Origin: an uncultured delta proteobacterium
GTDB taxonomy: Bacteria > Desulfobacterota > Syntrophia > Syntrophales > UBA5619
DNA length: 64,000 nucleotides
Direction of reading: 5' to 3'
NCBI GenBank assembly: GCA_963817385.1
Contig: CAWFOM010000005.1
Span: 448,001 to 512,000 of the forward strand
The notes under the pieces were generated by a model, which searched no databases, was not told the DNA's origin, and saw nothing but the letters and a program-made list of their open reading frames with translations. A program made the translations under genes and the position numbers. Below are positions 51,899-62,791 of the stretch, piece by piece. Numbering within the stretch: position 1 is the stretch's first letter; every line of letters starts with the position of its first letter.

Positions 51899-52195
51899 AT
51901 GCCGAAGATCGCAATCGACAAACTGCTGCCGGGGATGAAGCTGGCCAAGCCCATTATCGGCAAGAACGGGATGACACTCCTGGGAGAAGGTACCGAATTG
52001 ACGGAGAGATGGATCCAGAATATCCAGGACATGAATGTTGAGGGGATCTTTGTGGAAGGACCTTCCGAACAGGATGTCCCTCTCGATGAGGCCCTTGCCT
52101 GTCTGGAGCAGCGATTCGAGACTGTCAATGACAAACCGTATATGGCGTTGATTAAAACTATTGTCCGGAAGCAGATTGAAAGCCTCTACTCATGA
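51899..52195 (+). CDS. Small protein resembling the N-terminal domain of HD-GYP/HDOD proteins
   Basis: IDKLLPGMKLAKPIIGKNGMTLLGEGTELT. Confidence 0.65.
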   Translation: MPKIAIDKLLPGMKLAKPIIGKNGMTLLGEGTELTERWIQNIQDMNVEGIFVEGPSEQDVPLDEALACLEQRFETVNDKPYMALIKTIVRKQIESLYS

Positions 52196-52226
52196 ACCTT
52201 CCTTTAGCGATTAGCGAGAATATCTC

Positions 52227-53063
52227 TTGGAACGATTAGACATCAGAACACAACGGGCGAGGATAGAGAACATCAATGCCCTGCCGACGGCGCCGGGGAC
52301 GTTCAAAAAGATTTCTCAGGTGATCGGGAAACCCGGTATTACGCTCAGCGAGATCAGTGACTTCGTTTCCCGGGACCCGGCCCTGACGACTAAGGTCCTC
52401 AAGATGGTCAATTCCGCTATCTATGGCTTCCCCGGACGGATCTCGTCTGTTTCGCATGCGATCATGCTGTTGGGACTCAACGTCGTCAAGGGTCTCCTGC
52501 TGGGGATTTCGGTCTTCGAGATCATGCAGAAGGTCATGGCGGGTCTCTGGGACCATTCCGTGGGTTGCGCAACGGTCGCCAGGGCGATCGCAGAGAAAAA
52601 GGGGGTCAAGGATCCCGAAGAGGTCTCCGTGGCGGGGCTTCTGCATGATATCGGCAAGGTGATCCTCGTCTTGGAATATGCGCCGCTCTATGAGGAGGCG
52701 ATGAATCAGGCCGCATCTCAGCGGATTCCGATCTTTGAAGCGGAGTGGGGCGTGTTTCAGGAGACGCACGCCGCGATCGGCATGTGGCTCGCGGGGAGGT
52801 GGCGCTTCCCGTCGAATCTCGTCGATGTGATCCAATATCACCATCGCCCGGGTTCCGCCAGGAGTGCACCTCTGGAGACGGCAATCGTCCATTTCTCGGA
52901 CATTCTGGTGCGCTCGCGCGGGTTTGGTTTTGCCGGCGATCCGCTGGTACCGGCCATCCATCCGGCTGCCTTCGAGCTCCTCTCCCTGACGGAAACGGAT
53001 ATCCGGGAAGTCCTGGATAAACTGGAAGCGTGCCGGGATGAATCCGGCGGCTTGACTCTGTAG
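52227..53063 (+). CDS. HDOD domain protein
   Basis: DPALTTKVLKMVNSA, GLLHDIGK and YHH. Confidence 0.9.
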   Translation: MERLDIRTQRARIENINALPTAPGTFKKISQVIGKPGITLSEISDFVSRDPALTTKVLKMVNSAIYGFPGRISSVSHAIMLLGLNVVKGLLLGISVFEIMQKVMAGLWDHSVGCATVARAIAEKKGVKDPEEVSVAGLLHDIGKVILVLEYAPLYEEAMNQAASQRIPIFEAEWGVFQETHAAIGMWLAGRWRFPSNLVDVIQYHHRPGSARSAPLETAIVHFSDILVRSRGFGFAGDPLVPAIHPAAFELLSLTETDIREVLDKLEACRDESGGLTL

Positions 53064-53065
53064 CC

Positions 53066-53992
53066 ATGAAAACGATTGTCGTCGTCTCGCAGGACCCCTT
53101 ATTGACCAACCTTGCCGACCGGCTGCTCTCTCCCCATTTCCGGACCATCATTCTGGGGGGGATGGTCTCGGCGATCGACTCCATCTATAACGACATTCCC
53201 AACCTCGTCATCGCGGACATCGCTCCGGGGGATGATGCGATGGTGGAAAGCATCAATAATCTGAAGGAAGATCCGATGTTCAACCAGCTCCCCATCCTGG
53301 CCGTTATCGGCGATCGCCTGCCAGTTACGCGATGGGAGGGCCTGTTTGTCGAAGATTATCTCCGGAAGGTTGATCTCGAACGGGATCTGCTTTTACGGGT
53401 CTCTCTGGCGGTCAGCCGTTCCGAGCGGGTTGTGGAGATCAATCCCCTGACGAGGCTTCCCGGCAACATCTCGATCAACCGGCAGATCGAGGATCGTCTG
53501 GGGCGCGGCGAGGTTTTCGCCTTTGCCTATGCCGATCTGGATTATTTCAAGCCCTTCAACGATAAGTACGGCTTCAGCCGCGGCGACGAGGTGATCAAGA
53601 TCACGGGGCGTCTCATTCTCAACATCGTTAAGAGCAAGCAACCACAGGGCAGCTTCGTTGGCCACATCGGCGGTGACGACTTTGTCTTTATTATGGAAAC
53701 GGGACTCATCGAAGAGGCCTGTCGCGACATCATCAGCGCCTTCGACCAGATCATCCCTACGATCTATGACCCCGAAGACCGGGAAAAGGGCGGTGTCGAG
53801 TCCGTGGGACGCCAGGGGACGGCAGGATTCTTCCCGTTCATCGGCATCTCCATCGGCGTCACAGGTACGTCGGTCCGGAGTTTTTCCCATTTTGGAGAGC
53901 TAACCGGGGCGGCCTCCGAGATGAAGAATTACGCCAAGAAGACCAAGGGCAGCTCCTACAGTGTGGATAAGCGTACCAACCTGCCGATTTGA
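53066..53992 (+). CDS. Receiver-like plus GGDEF-domain diguanylate cyclase
   Basis: NPLTRLPGN, DLDYFKPFNDKYGFSRGD and HIGGDDF. Confidence 0.88.
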   Translation: MKTIVVVSQDPLLTNLADRLLSPHFRTIILGGMVSAIDSIYNDIPNLVIADIAPGDDAMVESINNLKEDPMFNQLPILAVIGDRLPVTRWEGLFVEDYLRKVDLERDLLLRVSLAVSRSERVVEINPLTRLPGNISINRQIEDRLGRGEVFAFAYADLDYFKPFNDKYGFSRGDEVIKITGRLILNIVKSKQPQGSFVGHIGGDDFVFIMETGLIEEACRDIISAFDQIIPTIYDPEDREKGGVESVGRQGTAGFFPFIGISIGVTGTSVRSFSHFGELTGAASEMKNYAKKTKGSSYSVDKRTNLPI

Positions 53993-54019
53993 TTCCACGA
54001 AGGTTCCTTTTTTACTCCC

Positions 54020-54625
54020 TCATATTGCCGGAAGGCTTGTCTTGTTCCGCTGATACTCATCCATCACCCGACGGGTATAGCGGTTGTCCGCATCGCCGGC
54101 ATGTGACAGATACCGTTTGGCGCCGTTGTGCCCGATGTTGTAGGCAAGAAGGACCTCGCTGGTGTTCTTGAAAATTGAGCTGAGCCAGGACAGGTAGTGC
54201 AGGCCGAGACGGATATTGTTTGCCGGGTCGAACAGGTCGGACGCCTCCCGGTACAGGATACCCGCTTCATTGGCGATGGAGGAGGCGAGGATCGGCCGGA
54301 TCTGCATGATGCCACGGGCGCCGGCCGAGGAGACGGCATCGTTGCGGAAGTTGCTCTCGACTGCCATGATCGCCAGTGCGAGCCGGTAATCGATTCCATA
54401 GAAGCGAGCCTTCTCGTAGAGGGTCCTGGCAACGGAAGGAAGCTGTCCGGATGAGAGATCGGTCTGGCCGTCCTGAAGGTGGTGCTCAATCATCTGCATG
54501 GTTATCGCCGGATTGAATCGGCTGCTATCGCAGAAAGTTTCCGTTGCGGCAACGATCATGATGAATACCAGGACGGCCGCCGACGCAGACAAGCATCCGA
54601 TGGATAAAGTCTTTTTGCTGTTCAT
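54020..54625 (-). CDS. Lytic transglycosylase (SLT domain)
   Basis: AVESNF, GARGIMQI and LAYNIG; N-terminal TM/signal. Confidence 0.88.
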   Translation of the reverse strand: MNSKKTLSIGCLSASAAVLVFIMIVAATETFCDSSRFNPAITMQMIEHHLQDGQTDLSSGQLPSVARTLYEKARFYGIDYRLALAIMAVESNFRNDAVSSAGARGIMQIRPILASSIANEAGILYREASDLFDPANNIRLGLHYLSWLSSIFKNTSEVLLAYNIGHNGAKRYLSHAGDADNRYTRRVMDEYQRNKTSLPAI

Positions 54626-54734
54626 GGTGTACCTCCTTTCGTGAATGTGAGGACGGAAGCCGGAAAGCGCTCTATATCCCGCAGTTCCCGCTTCTCATCG
54701 GGTGAAAATACCGTTCTCCACCTCCCCCTTGGTC

Positions 54735-54750
54735 AGCAAGGACGGTGCCA
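54735..54750 (-). promoter_or_regulatory. Sigma-54 promoter upstream of the SLT gene
   Basis: TGGCACCGTCCTTGCT matches TGGCAC-N5-TTGCW. Confidence 0.75.
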
Positions 54751-55001
54751 TGATCCAGGTTCGTCTGATAGGCGTTGATATTTAAGGATAAATTGCCATT
54801 ATTGCCGTTCCGTGAGCAGAGCAGTTCTGTATGGAATTTCCTTCATGGCTGAAGCGGCTCTCAGCGAGGATAGAGGCGGGTTAGCGGCTGAGCGTCATCA
54901 CATAGTGATACTGTATGGATTTTACTTCAGATGGCGGAATAGTGGTAGCCAATCGATTTTCACAGCTTCGCCTTGAAATTTTGGGACGGGGAGGGGAAAA
55001 A

Positions 55002-55096
55002 TGGCGGAGAGAGCGGGATTCGAACCCGCGGTACACCTTTGAAGGGCGTACAATCGCTTAGCAGGCGATCGCTTTCGGCCACTCAGCCATCTCTCC
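55002..55096 (-). tRNA. tRNA-Ser(GCT)
   Basis: GGAGAGA acceptor stem, CTGCTAA anticodon loop, long variable arm, GTTCGAATC and CCA. Confidence 0.95.
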
Positions 55097-55148
55097 GCGA
55101 TCATTTTGTGCTTATTTCGACCCAGGGCCGGCAGGTCGATATCATTAA

Positions 55149-55234
55149 TGGCGGAGGGAGCAGGATTCGAACCCGCGAGGCTTTCACCCAGCGGTTTTCA
55201 AGACCGCCGCCATAGACCACTCGGCCATCCCTCC
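55149..55234 (-). tRNA. tRNA-Ser(TGA)
   Basis: GGAGGGA acceptor stem, GCGGT-CTTGAAA-ACCGC anticodon arm, variable arm and CCA. Confidence 0.95.
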
Positions 55235-55248
55235 GCAATTTTTTTATG

Positions 55249-56529
55249 CTACCCCGCGGCGGGAATCCTGTCAACTCCTCCCATGTAGGGCCTGAGCGCC
55301 TCGGGGATCGCAACGCTTCCATCCTGCTGCTGGTAGTTCTCCAGGATGGCGACGAGGGTCCTCCCGACTGCCAGCGCCGAACCGTTCATGGTGTGGACGA
55401 ATTCCACCTTGCCGCTCTCCTCGCGGCGGAACCGTATCGAGGCGCGACGCGCCTGGAACTCCTCGAAGTTGCTGCACGAGGAGATCTCCCGGTAGGCATC
55501 CTGCCCCGGGAGCCACGCCTCGATATCGTAGGTCTTCGCGGCGGAGAAACCGAGATCTGCGGTGCAGAGGCAGACGACCCGGTAGGGGATCTTCAGCCGT
55601 TTGAGGACCTCCTCGGCGTTCAGGGTCAGCTTTTCCAGCTCTTCGTAGGAATCCTCGGGCGTTGCGAACTTGACCAGTTCCACCTTGTTGAACTGGTGCT
55701 GGCGGATCAGCCCCCGGGTGTCCTTGCCGTAGGAGCCCGCCTCCGCCCGGAAACACGGGGAGTAGGCCACGTAACAGATCGGGAGCTCCTTCTCGCTCAG
55801 GATCTCCTCCCGGTGGATGTTCGTCACAGGGACCTCCGCCGTCGGGATGAGGAAATAGTCCGTTTTGTCGATCCGGAAGAGGTCCTCCTCGAACTTGGGG
55901 AGTTGCCCCGTGCCCGTCATGCTCTCCCGGTTGACCATGAAGGGGGTGAGGACCTCGGTGTAGCCGTGTTCCCGCGTGTGCAGATCGAGCATGAAGTTGA
56001 TGAGTGCCCTCTCCAGCCGCGCGCCGAGCCCCCGGTAGAGCGTAAAGCGCGCGCCGGTGATCTTCGCCCCGCGGGTGAAATCGAGGATATTCAGCTCCTC
56101 GCCGATCTCCCAGTGCGGTCGCGGCGTGAACGGAAAGGTTGGCTTCTCGCCCCAGACGCGGATGACCGGGTTATCCTCTGCCCCTTTCCCGCAGACAACC
56201 GAGGCATGCGGGACATTGGGGATCGTCATCAGGATCGCCTGGAGCTCCTCATCCGTCTGCTTGAGCGTCTCGTCGAGCTCCTTGATCCGGTTGGAGACGT
56301 CCCCCATGCGGGCGATGATCTCCGTGGCGTCCTGACGGTTTTTCTTCTTCTCGCCGATCTGCTTGGAAACGGTGTTGCGCTCGCTTCGGAGCCCCTCTAC
56401 TTCCTGGATGATATCCCGCCGTTGCGCGTCGAGGGCGATGAAGCGCTCCAGGTTCATCTCCTGGCCCCGCTCACGCATCTTCCCGACGACGAAATCGATG
56501 TTCTGTCTGAGATATTTGATATCCAGCAT
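55249..56529 (-). CDS. serS: Seryl-tRNA synthetase
   Basis: [22 protein letters not shown] and EISSCSN. Confidence 0.97.
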   Translation of the reverse strand: MLDIKYLRQNIDFVVGKMRERGQEMNLERFIALDAQRRDIIQEVEGLRSERNTVSKQIGEKKKNRQDATEIIARMGDVSNRIKELDETLKQTDEELQAILMTIPNVPHASVVCGKGAEDNPVIRVWGEKPTFPFTPRPHWEIGEELNILDFTRGAKITGARFTLYRGLGARLERALINFMLDLHTREHGYTEVLTPFMVNRESMTGTGQLPKFEEDLFRIDKTDYFLIPTAEVPVTNIHREEILSEKELPICYVAYSPCFRAEAGSYGKDTRGLIRQHQFNKVELVKFATPEDSYEELEKLTLNAEEVLKRLKIPYRVVCLCTADLGFSAAKTYDIEAWLPGQDAYREISSCSNFEEFQARRASIRFRREESGKVEFVHTMNGSALAVGRTLVAILENYQQQDGSVAIPEALRPYMGGVDRIPAAG

Positions 56530-56812
56530 GACCAAACTCATCCTTCCGGTGCAAGGGATGTTTCCCCTATCACTTTGACCCTTTGAAGTCAATCAATTTG
56601 TCGGCTTACGTTTCCGGAGGTGTTTATCCCTTCACTCGCGGGCAACGAACAAATCGCGCCTCAAAGCCGGAAAAAAACAGGGCATGCCGGAATAGCCATC
56701 AATTTTCATGGCAAACGCCAAAACATTGCATTAAAATAAGCAGCATCTTGATACGGAGGCCGGGTGCGGGTGATGTTCCCAAGTCAAGTCGAACTTTACT
56801 GAGGAGATGCCC

Positions 56813-57616
56813 ATGAAGACCGATCTATTTTATTATACCGGTACCGGAAATTCTCTCTGGGCCGCCCGGATACTGGCAAAAAAACTCGGCGATGCCGGGA
56901 CTGTCCCGATTTCCCGGATAGACGGGGATCCCCGCAATGAAGGGGCGGATGCGGTCGGGATCATCTTCCCTGTCCATATGTGGGGTCTGCCGCGCAAGGT
57001 GATCTCCTTCGTGGAGTCGCTTGCGGAAGATCCGTCGCGGTATTACTTCGCCGTTGCCGTCAACGCCGGCCAGGTCGCCGCCACCCTCCTGCAATTGAAG
57101 AAGCTGATGCAGTCGAAAGGATTATCTCTTTCCACAGGTTTCGGGATAGAGATGCCGTCCAACTATATTCCCTGGGGCGGGCCGGGACCCGAGGAGAAGC
57201 GGACGGGGAGGATCGATGCGGCAAGGAAAAAGCTCGGAGTCATCGCCGCCGCGGTTGCCGCAAGAGAGCTGGCTCCGGTCGAGAGGGGGCCCCTCTGGCA
57301 GAACATCCTGTTTACCCGGCTCAACCGGCTCGCTTTTCCCCATGTTCCGGGGATGGACAAGAGTTTCTGGGTAGATGACCGGTGCAACGGCTGCGGCATC
57401 TGCAAAACAATCTGCCCCTGCGGAAATATCGATCTCAAGGCGGACAAACCCGTCTGGCTGCACCATTGTGAACAGTGCCTCGCCTGCATCCAGTGGTGCC
57501 CGCAGGAAGCGATCCAATTCGGCAAGAAGACGCCCCGGTATGAGCGATACCATCATCCGGAGGTAACGTTGCAGGATATGATCACCGCCCCTGCGATGCA
57601 GGGACAAAGGGGATGA
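56813..57616 (+). CDS. Flavodoxin-like plus 2x[4Fe-4S] protein (EFR1-type)
   Basis: YYTGTGNS, CNGCGICKTICP and CEQCLACIQWCP. Confidence 0.85.
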   Translation: MKTDLFYYTGTGNSLWAARILAKKLGDAGTVPISRIDGDPRNEGADAVGIIFPVHMWGLPRKVISFVESLAEDPSRYYFAVAVNAGQVAATLLQLKKLMQSKGLSLSTGFGIEMPSNYIPWGGPGPEEKRTGRIDAARKKLGVIAAAVAARELAPVERGPLWQNILFTRLNRLAFPHVPGMDKSFWVDDRCNGCGICKTICPCGNIDLKADKPVWLHHCEQCLACIQWCPQEAIQFGKKTPRYERYHHPEVTLQDMITAPAMQGQRG

Positions 57617-57680
57617 TGCAGTGATACGGAAAATCACGTCAACCGAACAGCGAAGCGCAGTTGAGAAGGGGGAAGACACT

Positions 57681-58553
57681 ATGGAAATGAATAATCTAAA
57701 CCGGAGTGGAAGTCGGGGGCTTTCAAGGCGGATGTTTCTGAAGATTGCGGGGTGGCTGACCGTGGCGGGGGGGATGGTGAAGCTTCCGGGAATGGCCTCT
57801 GCGCAGGTGAAGCCCGATATTATGTCCCAGAATGTCTGGTTCGAGGGCAAGGGGGGACCACTGGGCGGGTATTTTGCTCGGCCGGACGGGAAAGGGCCCT
57901 ATCCGGGGGTCATCGTGATCCATGAAAACAGGGGCGTCACCGACTATATCCAGGATGTCACGAAGGATCTTGCCCGGGAGGGGTATGCAAGCCTCGCGGT
58001 CAACCTTGTCTCCCGCAGCCTGGGCCCGGATTATATCGGCGGTTCGGATGAGGCGATGAATGCCCTCGGCAAACTATCGGATGACGACGCAATGGCGGAC
58101 CTGGATGCCGGCGTCGAGTATCTCAAGAAGCAGCCCGTCGTCTTCACCAATTCCATCGGCTGCATGGGGTTCTGCATGGGGGGAAGATTTTCTCTCCTCT
58201 TCGCCGAGCACAGAAAGGATTTAAAAGCGGCAGTGGTCTTTTACGGCCGTCCGATAAACAAGATCACCCCGCTGCAGACACAATCGCCTATCGATCTCGT
58301 TTCTGAAATTTCCGCCCCGCTCCTCGGCAATTACGGAGCGGCAGACGCGGGTATCCCTGTTGACGATGTGAAGAAACTTGAAGAGGCGCTGCAGAAGAAC
58401 AAAAAGACGTTCGACATCAAGATATACCCGGACGCAAAACACGCATTTCATAAGGAGGGCCCCAATTACCATGCGGAGGCCGCGCGGGATTCATGGAGCC
58501 GGACCGTCGGCTGGCTGGCTAAGTATCTGAAGTCGTCAGTCCCGAAAGGATAG
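57681..58553 (+). CDS. Dienelactone hydrolase family protein with a Tat signal
   Basis: SRRMFLK, VIHENRG, GFCMGG and HAF. Confidence 0.88.
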   Translation: MEMNNLNRSGSRGLSRRMFLKIAGWLTVAGGMVKLPGMASAQVKPDIMSQNVWFEGKGGPLGGYFARPDGKGPYPGVIVIHENRGVTDYIQDVTKDLAREGYASLAVNLVSRSLGPDYIGGSDEAMNALGKLSDDDAMADLDAGVEYLKKQPVVFTNSIGCMGFCMGGRFSLLFAEHRKDLKAAVVFYGRPINKITPLQTQSPIDLVSEISAPLLGNYGAADAGIPVDDVKKLEEALQKNKKTFDIKIYPDAKHAFHKEGPNYHAEAARDSWSRTVGWLAKYLKSSVPKG

Positions 58554-58562
58554 GCAGGAGCG

Positions 58563-59674
58563 GTGGACGATGAACTGAGCCTGCTTATCAAACCGGTCTC
58601 CGCTGACTGCAATATGCGATGCACATATTGCTTTTACCGGCGTCAGAGCGATCCCTATCGCTCCGAAGGGCGCCATATCATGGATGATAGGACGCTTCAA
58701 ACCATGATTGCCGGATATATGCAATCGGCCGGAAGGGGCGCCTCATTCGGTTGGCAGGGCGGGGAACCACTCCTGGCGGGTATCGATTTTTTCAACCGGG
58801 TCGTCGCTTATCAAGAGCGCTATGGTCTGTCGGCTCAACTGGTGAGCAACAACCTGCAGACCAACGGACTGCTGCTCAATGACGAGTGGGCGGCGTTCTT
58901 TCGGCGGTATAACTTCTTCATTGGCGTGAGCCTGGACGGTCCCGAAGAGGATCACAATCACTACCGCTATTCAATCAACGGGGAAAATGGCTTCCAACGG
59001 ACTATGCAGAGGAATACAGATCCTCAGAGACCATCAGGTGGACTTCAGTGTTCTGTCCGTCGTAAATGCGGTGACGGCCAGGAAACCCCGGGAGCTCTAT
59101 ACCTTTTTCATCGACAATGGCCTCAACCGTTTACAGTTCATCCCCTGTGTGGAGATCAACCGGGAGACAGGGGCGACGGAGGACTATTCCGTCGCGGTCG
59201 ATCAGTACCGGGATTTTCTCTGTACCCTTTTCGATGTATGGTATAACAATGGACACCCGATCGCCTCGGTACGGCTGTTTGAGAATATCCTGGCCGTCTA
59301 TATGGGCAGAGAACCCGAGCTCTGTGCGTTCAAAAACCGGTGCGGCAGTTATGTGGGTCATAGAATATAACGGTGATGTATATCCATGCGATTTCTTTGT
59401 GGAAGAACAGTGGGTATTGGGAAATCTCCAGGAAACGTCGATCAGTGATATGATGAAGAAGCGAAAGAGGCGTGAGTTCAACAGCCGGAAACGGGAGCAA
59501 ACATCCGGCTGCACTGCCTGTGAATGGAATTTCCTCTGTCATTTCGGATGCCAGCATTATCGATCATCTGCGGGGGAAAATTATCTCTGCGATGCATATC
59601 GGGAGTTCTTCCGCTACACCGGGCAGCGTTTTCACGCCTTGGCAAAGAATTTATCAATAGGTTATTCTCAATGA
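58563..59674 (+). CDS. Anaerobic sulfatase maturase-like radical SAM/SPASM protein, +1 frameshifts near 59007 and 59356
   Basis: KPVSADCNMRCTYCFY, WQGGEP, SLDG, GDVYPCD and CTACEWNFLCHFGC. Confidence 0.85.
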
Positions 59675-61671
59675 GCAGGATGGTGAGGATTTTTGCGATA
59701 ACGTGCGCCCTCCTCGCGGCGATCCTGGCTGCGCTTCCCCCGGCCGTGTCGGAGGCGAGGGGCGTCTCCGGTGACAAGGCGCTCCTTGCCTCCCGTGACG
59801 CTTTTTTTGCCGGCGACCGGGTCAAACTTGCCCGCCAGGCGGAAAAAACCCGGGGCCACATGCTCGAATCCTATGTCGATTTCTGGCAACTGCGTCTGCG
59901 TCTGGAGGAAGCCGCTCCGGGTGAATTGCGGGAGTTCCTGGACCGCCATGCGGGGACGGTGCTTGCCGAGCAGTTGCGCAGGGATTGGCTGCGCGTGCTG
60001 GGGAAAAACAGGCAGTGGGAGCTTTTCCGGCAGGAATATCCCGCGCTCGTCAGAGATGATCCCGATGTCGCGTGTTATGCGCTTCAGGAGCGCTGGCCCG
60101 AGCAGACGCGATTCCGTACTCGCCGGGATCAAACCCTTCTGGAGAGCGCCGCGGCCGCTGCCGGAAGGCTGCGCCGCGGTGGCGGACGCGATGCTGCAGT
60201 CCGGGGATCTCACGCCGCGGGACCTGCGTGAACGCTTCCGGCTTTTGATCCGGGCCAATCTCATGACGGAGGCCGAACGGATGGCGGAGCGGCTGCCCGC
60301 GGATCAAGCTCCCCGGGCGAGTCAAATCGACCGTGTAGCAAAAGGACCGGCCAGGTTTCTCGAGCGATCTGACGCGGATGTGAAAACAGCCGCCGGGCGA
60401 GAACTCGTAATTGTTGCGCTTACACGCCTGGCCCAGAGCGATCCGCAGATCGCGGTGAGCTCCTGGAACGGCAAGCTGCGGGAGCGTTTTCCGCTTGAGG
60501 ACCGGCAGTACGTGTGGGCGATGCTCGCCGACCTGCGGGGCGCGCCGTCACCTGCCGGAGGCCGTGGATTGGTTCAGGGAAGCGGGGGAGACGCCGCTTT
60601 CGGAAGAGCAGCTTGCCTGGCGCGCCCGCATCGCGCTCCGGCAGAAAAATTGGCAGGAGGTGAGAGTCGCGATCGAGCGAATGGCGCCGCCGGTGTGCAA
60701 TGAGCCGACCTGGATCTATTGGTTGGGACGGTCGCTGTGTGCACTCGAGGCGCAGGAAGATGGGCAGCGGCTTTTGGGGCGCATCGCCGGCGAACATCAT
60801 TTCTACGGCCAGCTCGCTGCCGAGGAACTGGGAATGCCGCTCACGATCCCGCCAAAGGCGGCGCCGCCGACCAGAGCCGAGCTTGCAGAGGCCGCTGCCC
60901 GGGGCGGACTGAAGCGGGCGCTGGCATTATACCGCCTCGGCTTGCGGAGCGAGGCCACAACCGAATGGATGTGGACCATCCGCACGATGGACGACCGGGC
61001 GCTGCTTGCCGCCGCGGAGCTGGCGCATCGCAACGGGATTTGGGACCGCGCCATCAACACGGCCGACAAAACGATCGCCCTGCACAACTTCAACATGCGG
61101 TACCCCACTCCCTACGGTGACGTTCTTGCCGAGCAATCTCGCGTTCGGAAACTCGATGAACCATGGGTCTTGGGCTTGGTTCGCCAGGAGAGCCGCTTCA
61201 TCGCAGACGCCAAGTCCCCGGCGGGCGCCAAAGGACTGATGCAGTTACTTGCCGTCGACGGCGCGCTGGGTCGCACAGAAGATCGGGATGAAGGGTTTTC
61301 ATCCGTCGCGCGTGACTCAGCCGAGGGTGAACGTCGCGCTCGGCGCCTTCTACCTGCGGCATGTGCTCGGCGGGTTCGATGGTAACCCGGTGCTCGCCGC
61401 CGCCGCCTATAACGCCGGGCCGGGCCGCGCGCGCAGGTGGTGCGATTCGAAGCCGCTCGAGGGGGCGATTTATGTTGAGACAATCCCGTTTGAAGAGACG
61501 CGTCAATACGTCAAGAAAGTGATGGCAAACACCGTTTACTACGACGCTTTGTCCGGCGGCGGGGAGCGGCGCTCGCTGAAGTCCCGCCTGGGTACCATCG
61601 CCGGTGTGGGGCCGAATAACGAAGAGTCGGGGAACAAGCAGATCATAACCGGGACAGTGAACCTGCCGTGA
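59671..61671 (+). CDS. slt: Soluble lytic transglycosylase Slt70-like, +1 frameshifts near 60105, 60530 and 61248
   Basis: RQESRF, GLMQL, AAYNAGPGR and IPFEETRQYV across four overlapping ORFs. Confidence 0.85.
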
Positions 61672-61742
61672 GGTGAGATTATCAATGAATGATTTTGATG
61701 GCCGGGACAAAGAGTTTCCCTTACGGAAGAAAGGATAACGTA

Positions 61743-62618
61743 ATGACCAATCCGCGTGCTGACTTCATCCCCATCGTCGACCGTAAACCCCTAAAACTAC
61801 CCGGAGATGCCAGGATTGCCGTCTGGGTGATCGTAAATATCGAGGAGTGGCCGTTCGACGAGCCGATGGCCCGTACGGTTCTCCCGCCGCCCCAGGGTGT
61901 CACCATCGTGCCGGACATCACCAACTTCGGCTGGTTCGACTACGGGCTTAGGGTCGGTATCTGGCGGATAAGGGATGTCTTGGACAAGCATGGTGTCAGG
62001 GCCTCGGTCAGTCTGAACGGCTCGGTCTGCAACACCTATCCGCAGATCGTTGACGCCTGCCTTGAGAGTAACTGGGAGCTCTTTGGCCATAGTTTTCTGC
62101 AGAGGGCCCTGCCGAAGGAAAAGGATGAGCGTGCCGTTATCCGCAAAACGATCGACGTGATCAAGGAAAAGACGGGACAGAAGCCGCGCGGCTGGATGGG
62201 GCCGGGTCTGCACGAAACGATTGACACGCCGGATATCCTCGCAGAGGAGGGGATCGAGTACGTCCTGGATTGGGTGAATGATGACCTGCCCTACCCGCTG
62301 AAGGTGAAGAAGGGCACACTCTTCTCCATCCCCTACACCATGGAGCTCAACGATATCCCCATCTATGCCGTGCAGCACCACCGCTCGGCGGAGCTGTTCG
62401 ATCGCTCCTGCGACCAGTTCGACACGCTCTATGAAGAGGGTCGACAAAACGCCCGAATCATGGCCATCGCGGTGCACCCGTACCTTACCGGCGTGCCCCA
62501 TCGCATCGGTTACTTCAGCAAGATTTTCGACTACATCAAGAAGCACGATAATGTTATCTTCATGACGGGCAGCGAGATCCTGGATTGGTACAAACAGGCC
62601 GCCGGATTTAACGGCTGA
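61743..62618 (+). CDS. Polysaccharide deacetylase family protein (PuuE-like)
   Basis: DYGLRVG, GH, PRGWMGP, NDDLP and AVHP. Confidence 0.85.
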   Translation: MTNPRADFIPIVDRKPLKLPGDARIAVWVIVNIEEWPFDEPMARTVLPPPQGVTIVPDITNFGWFDYGLRVGIWRIRDVLDKHGVRASVSLNGSVCNTYPQIVDACLESNWELFGHSFLQRALPKEKDERAVIRKTIDVIKEKTGQKPRGWMGPGLHETIDTPDILAEEGIEYVLDWVNDDLPYPLKVKKGTLFSIPYTMELNDIPIYAVQHHRSAELFDRSCDQFDTLYEEGRQNARIMAIAVHPYLTGVPHRIGYFSKIFDYIKKHDNVIFMTGSEILDWYKQAAGFNG

Positions 62619-62718
62619 TGATTGCTTTGCCGAACTGGGAGGAGCAGGAATGACTGTTCCTCCTCCTTCAGGATCGGCGATTCTCCTCCATTCCCCCGGG
62701 GTGGGCGTTTGGTATTGC

Positions 62719-62747
62719 TTGACATACGCATTGGCATTCTGTACATT
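62719..62747 (+). promoter_or_regulatory. Sigma-70-like promoter
   Basis: TTGACA-17 bp-TACATT upstream of the VOC gene. Confidence 0.55.
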
Positions 62748-62791
62748 CGCCCCACTTAAAAAATAAAATTTTATCAGCAAAGGAGAGCTCT

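Noticed and set aside
53066..53992. Hypr (cGAMP-forming) GGDEF enzyme
   Set aside because: The specificity position retains Asp (YGFSRGD) rather than Ser/Thr.
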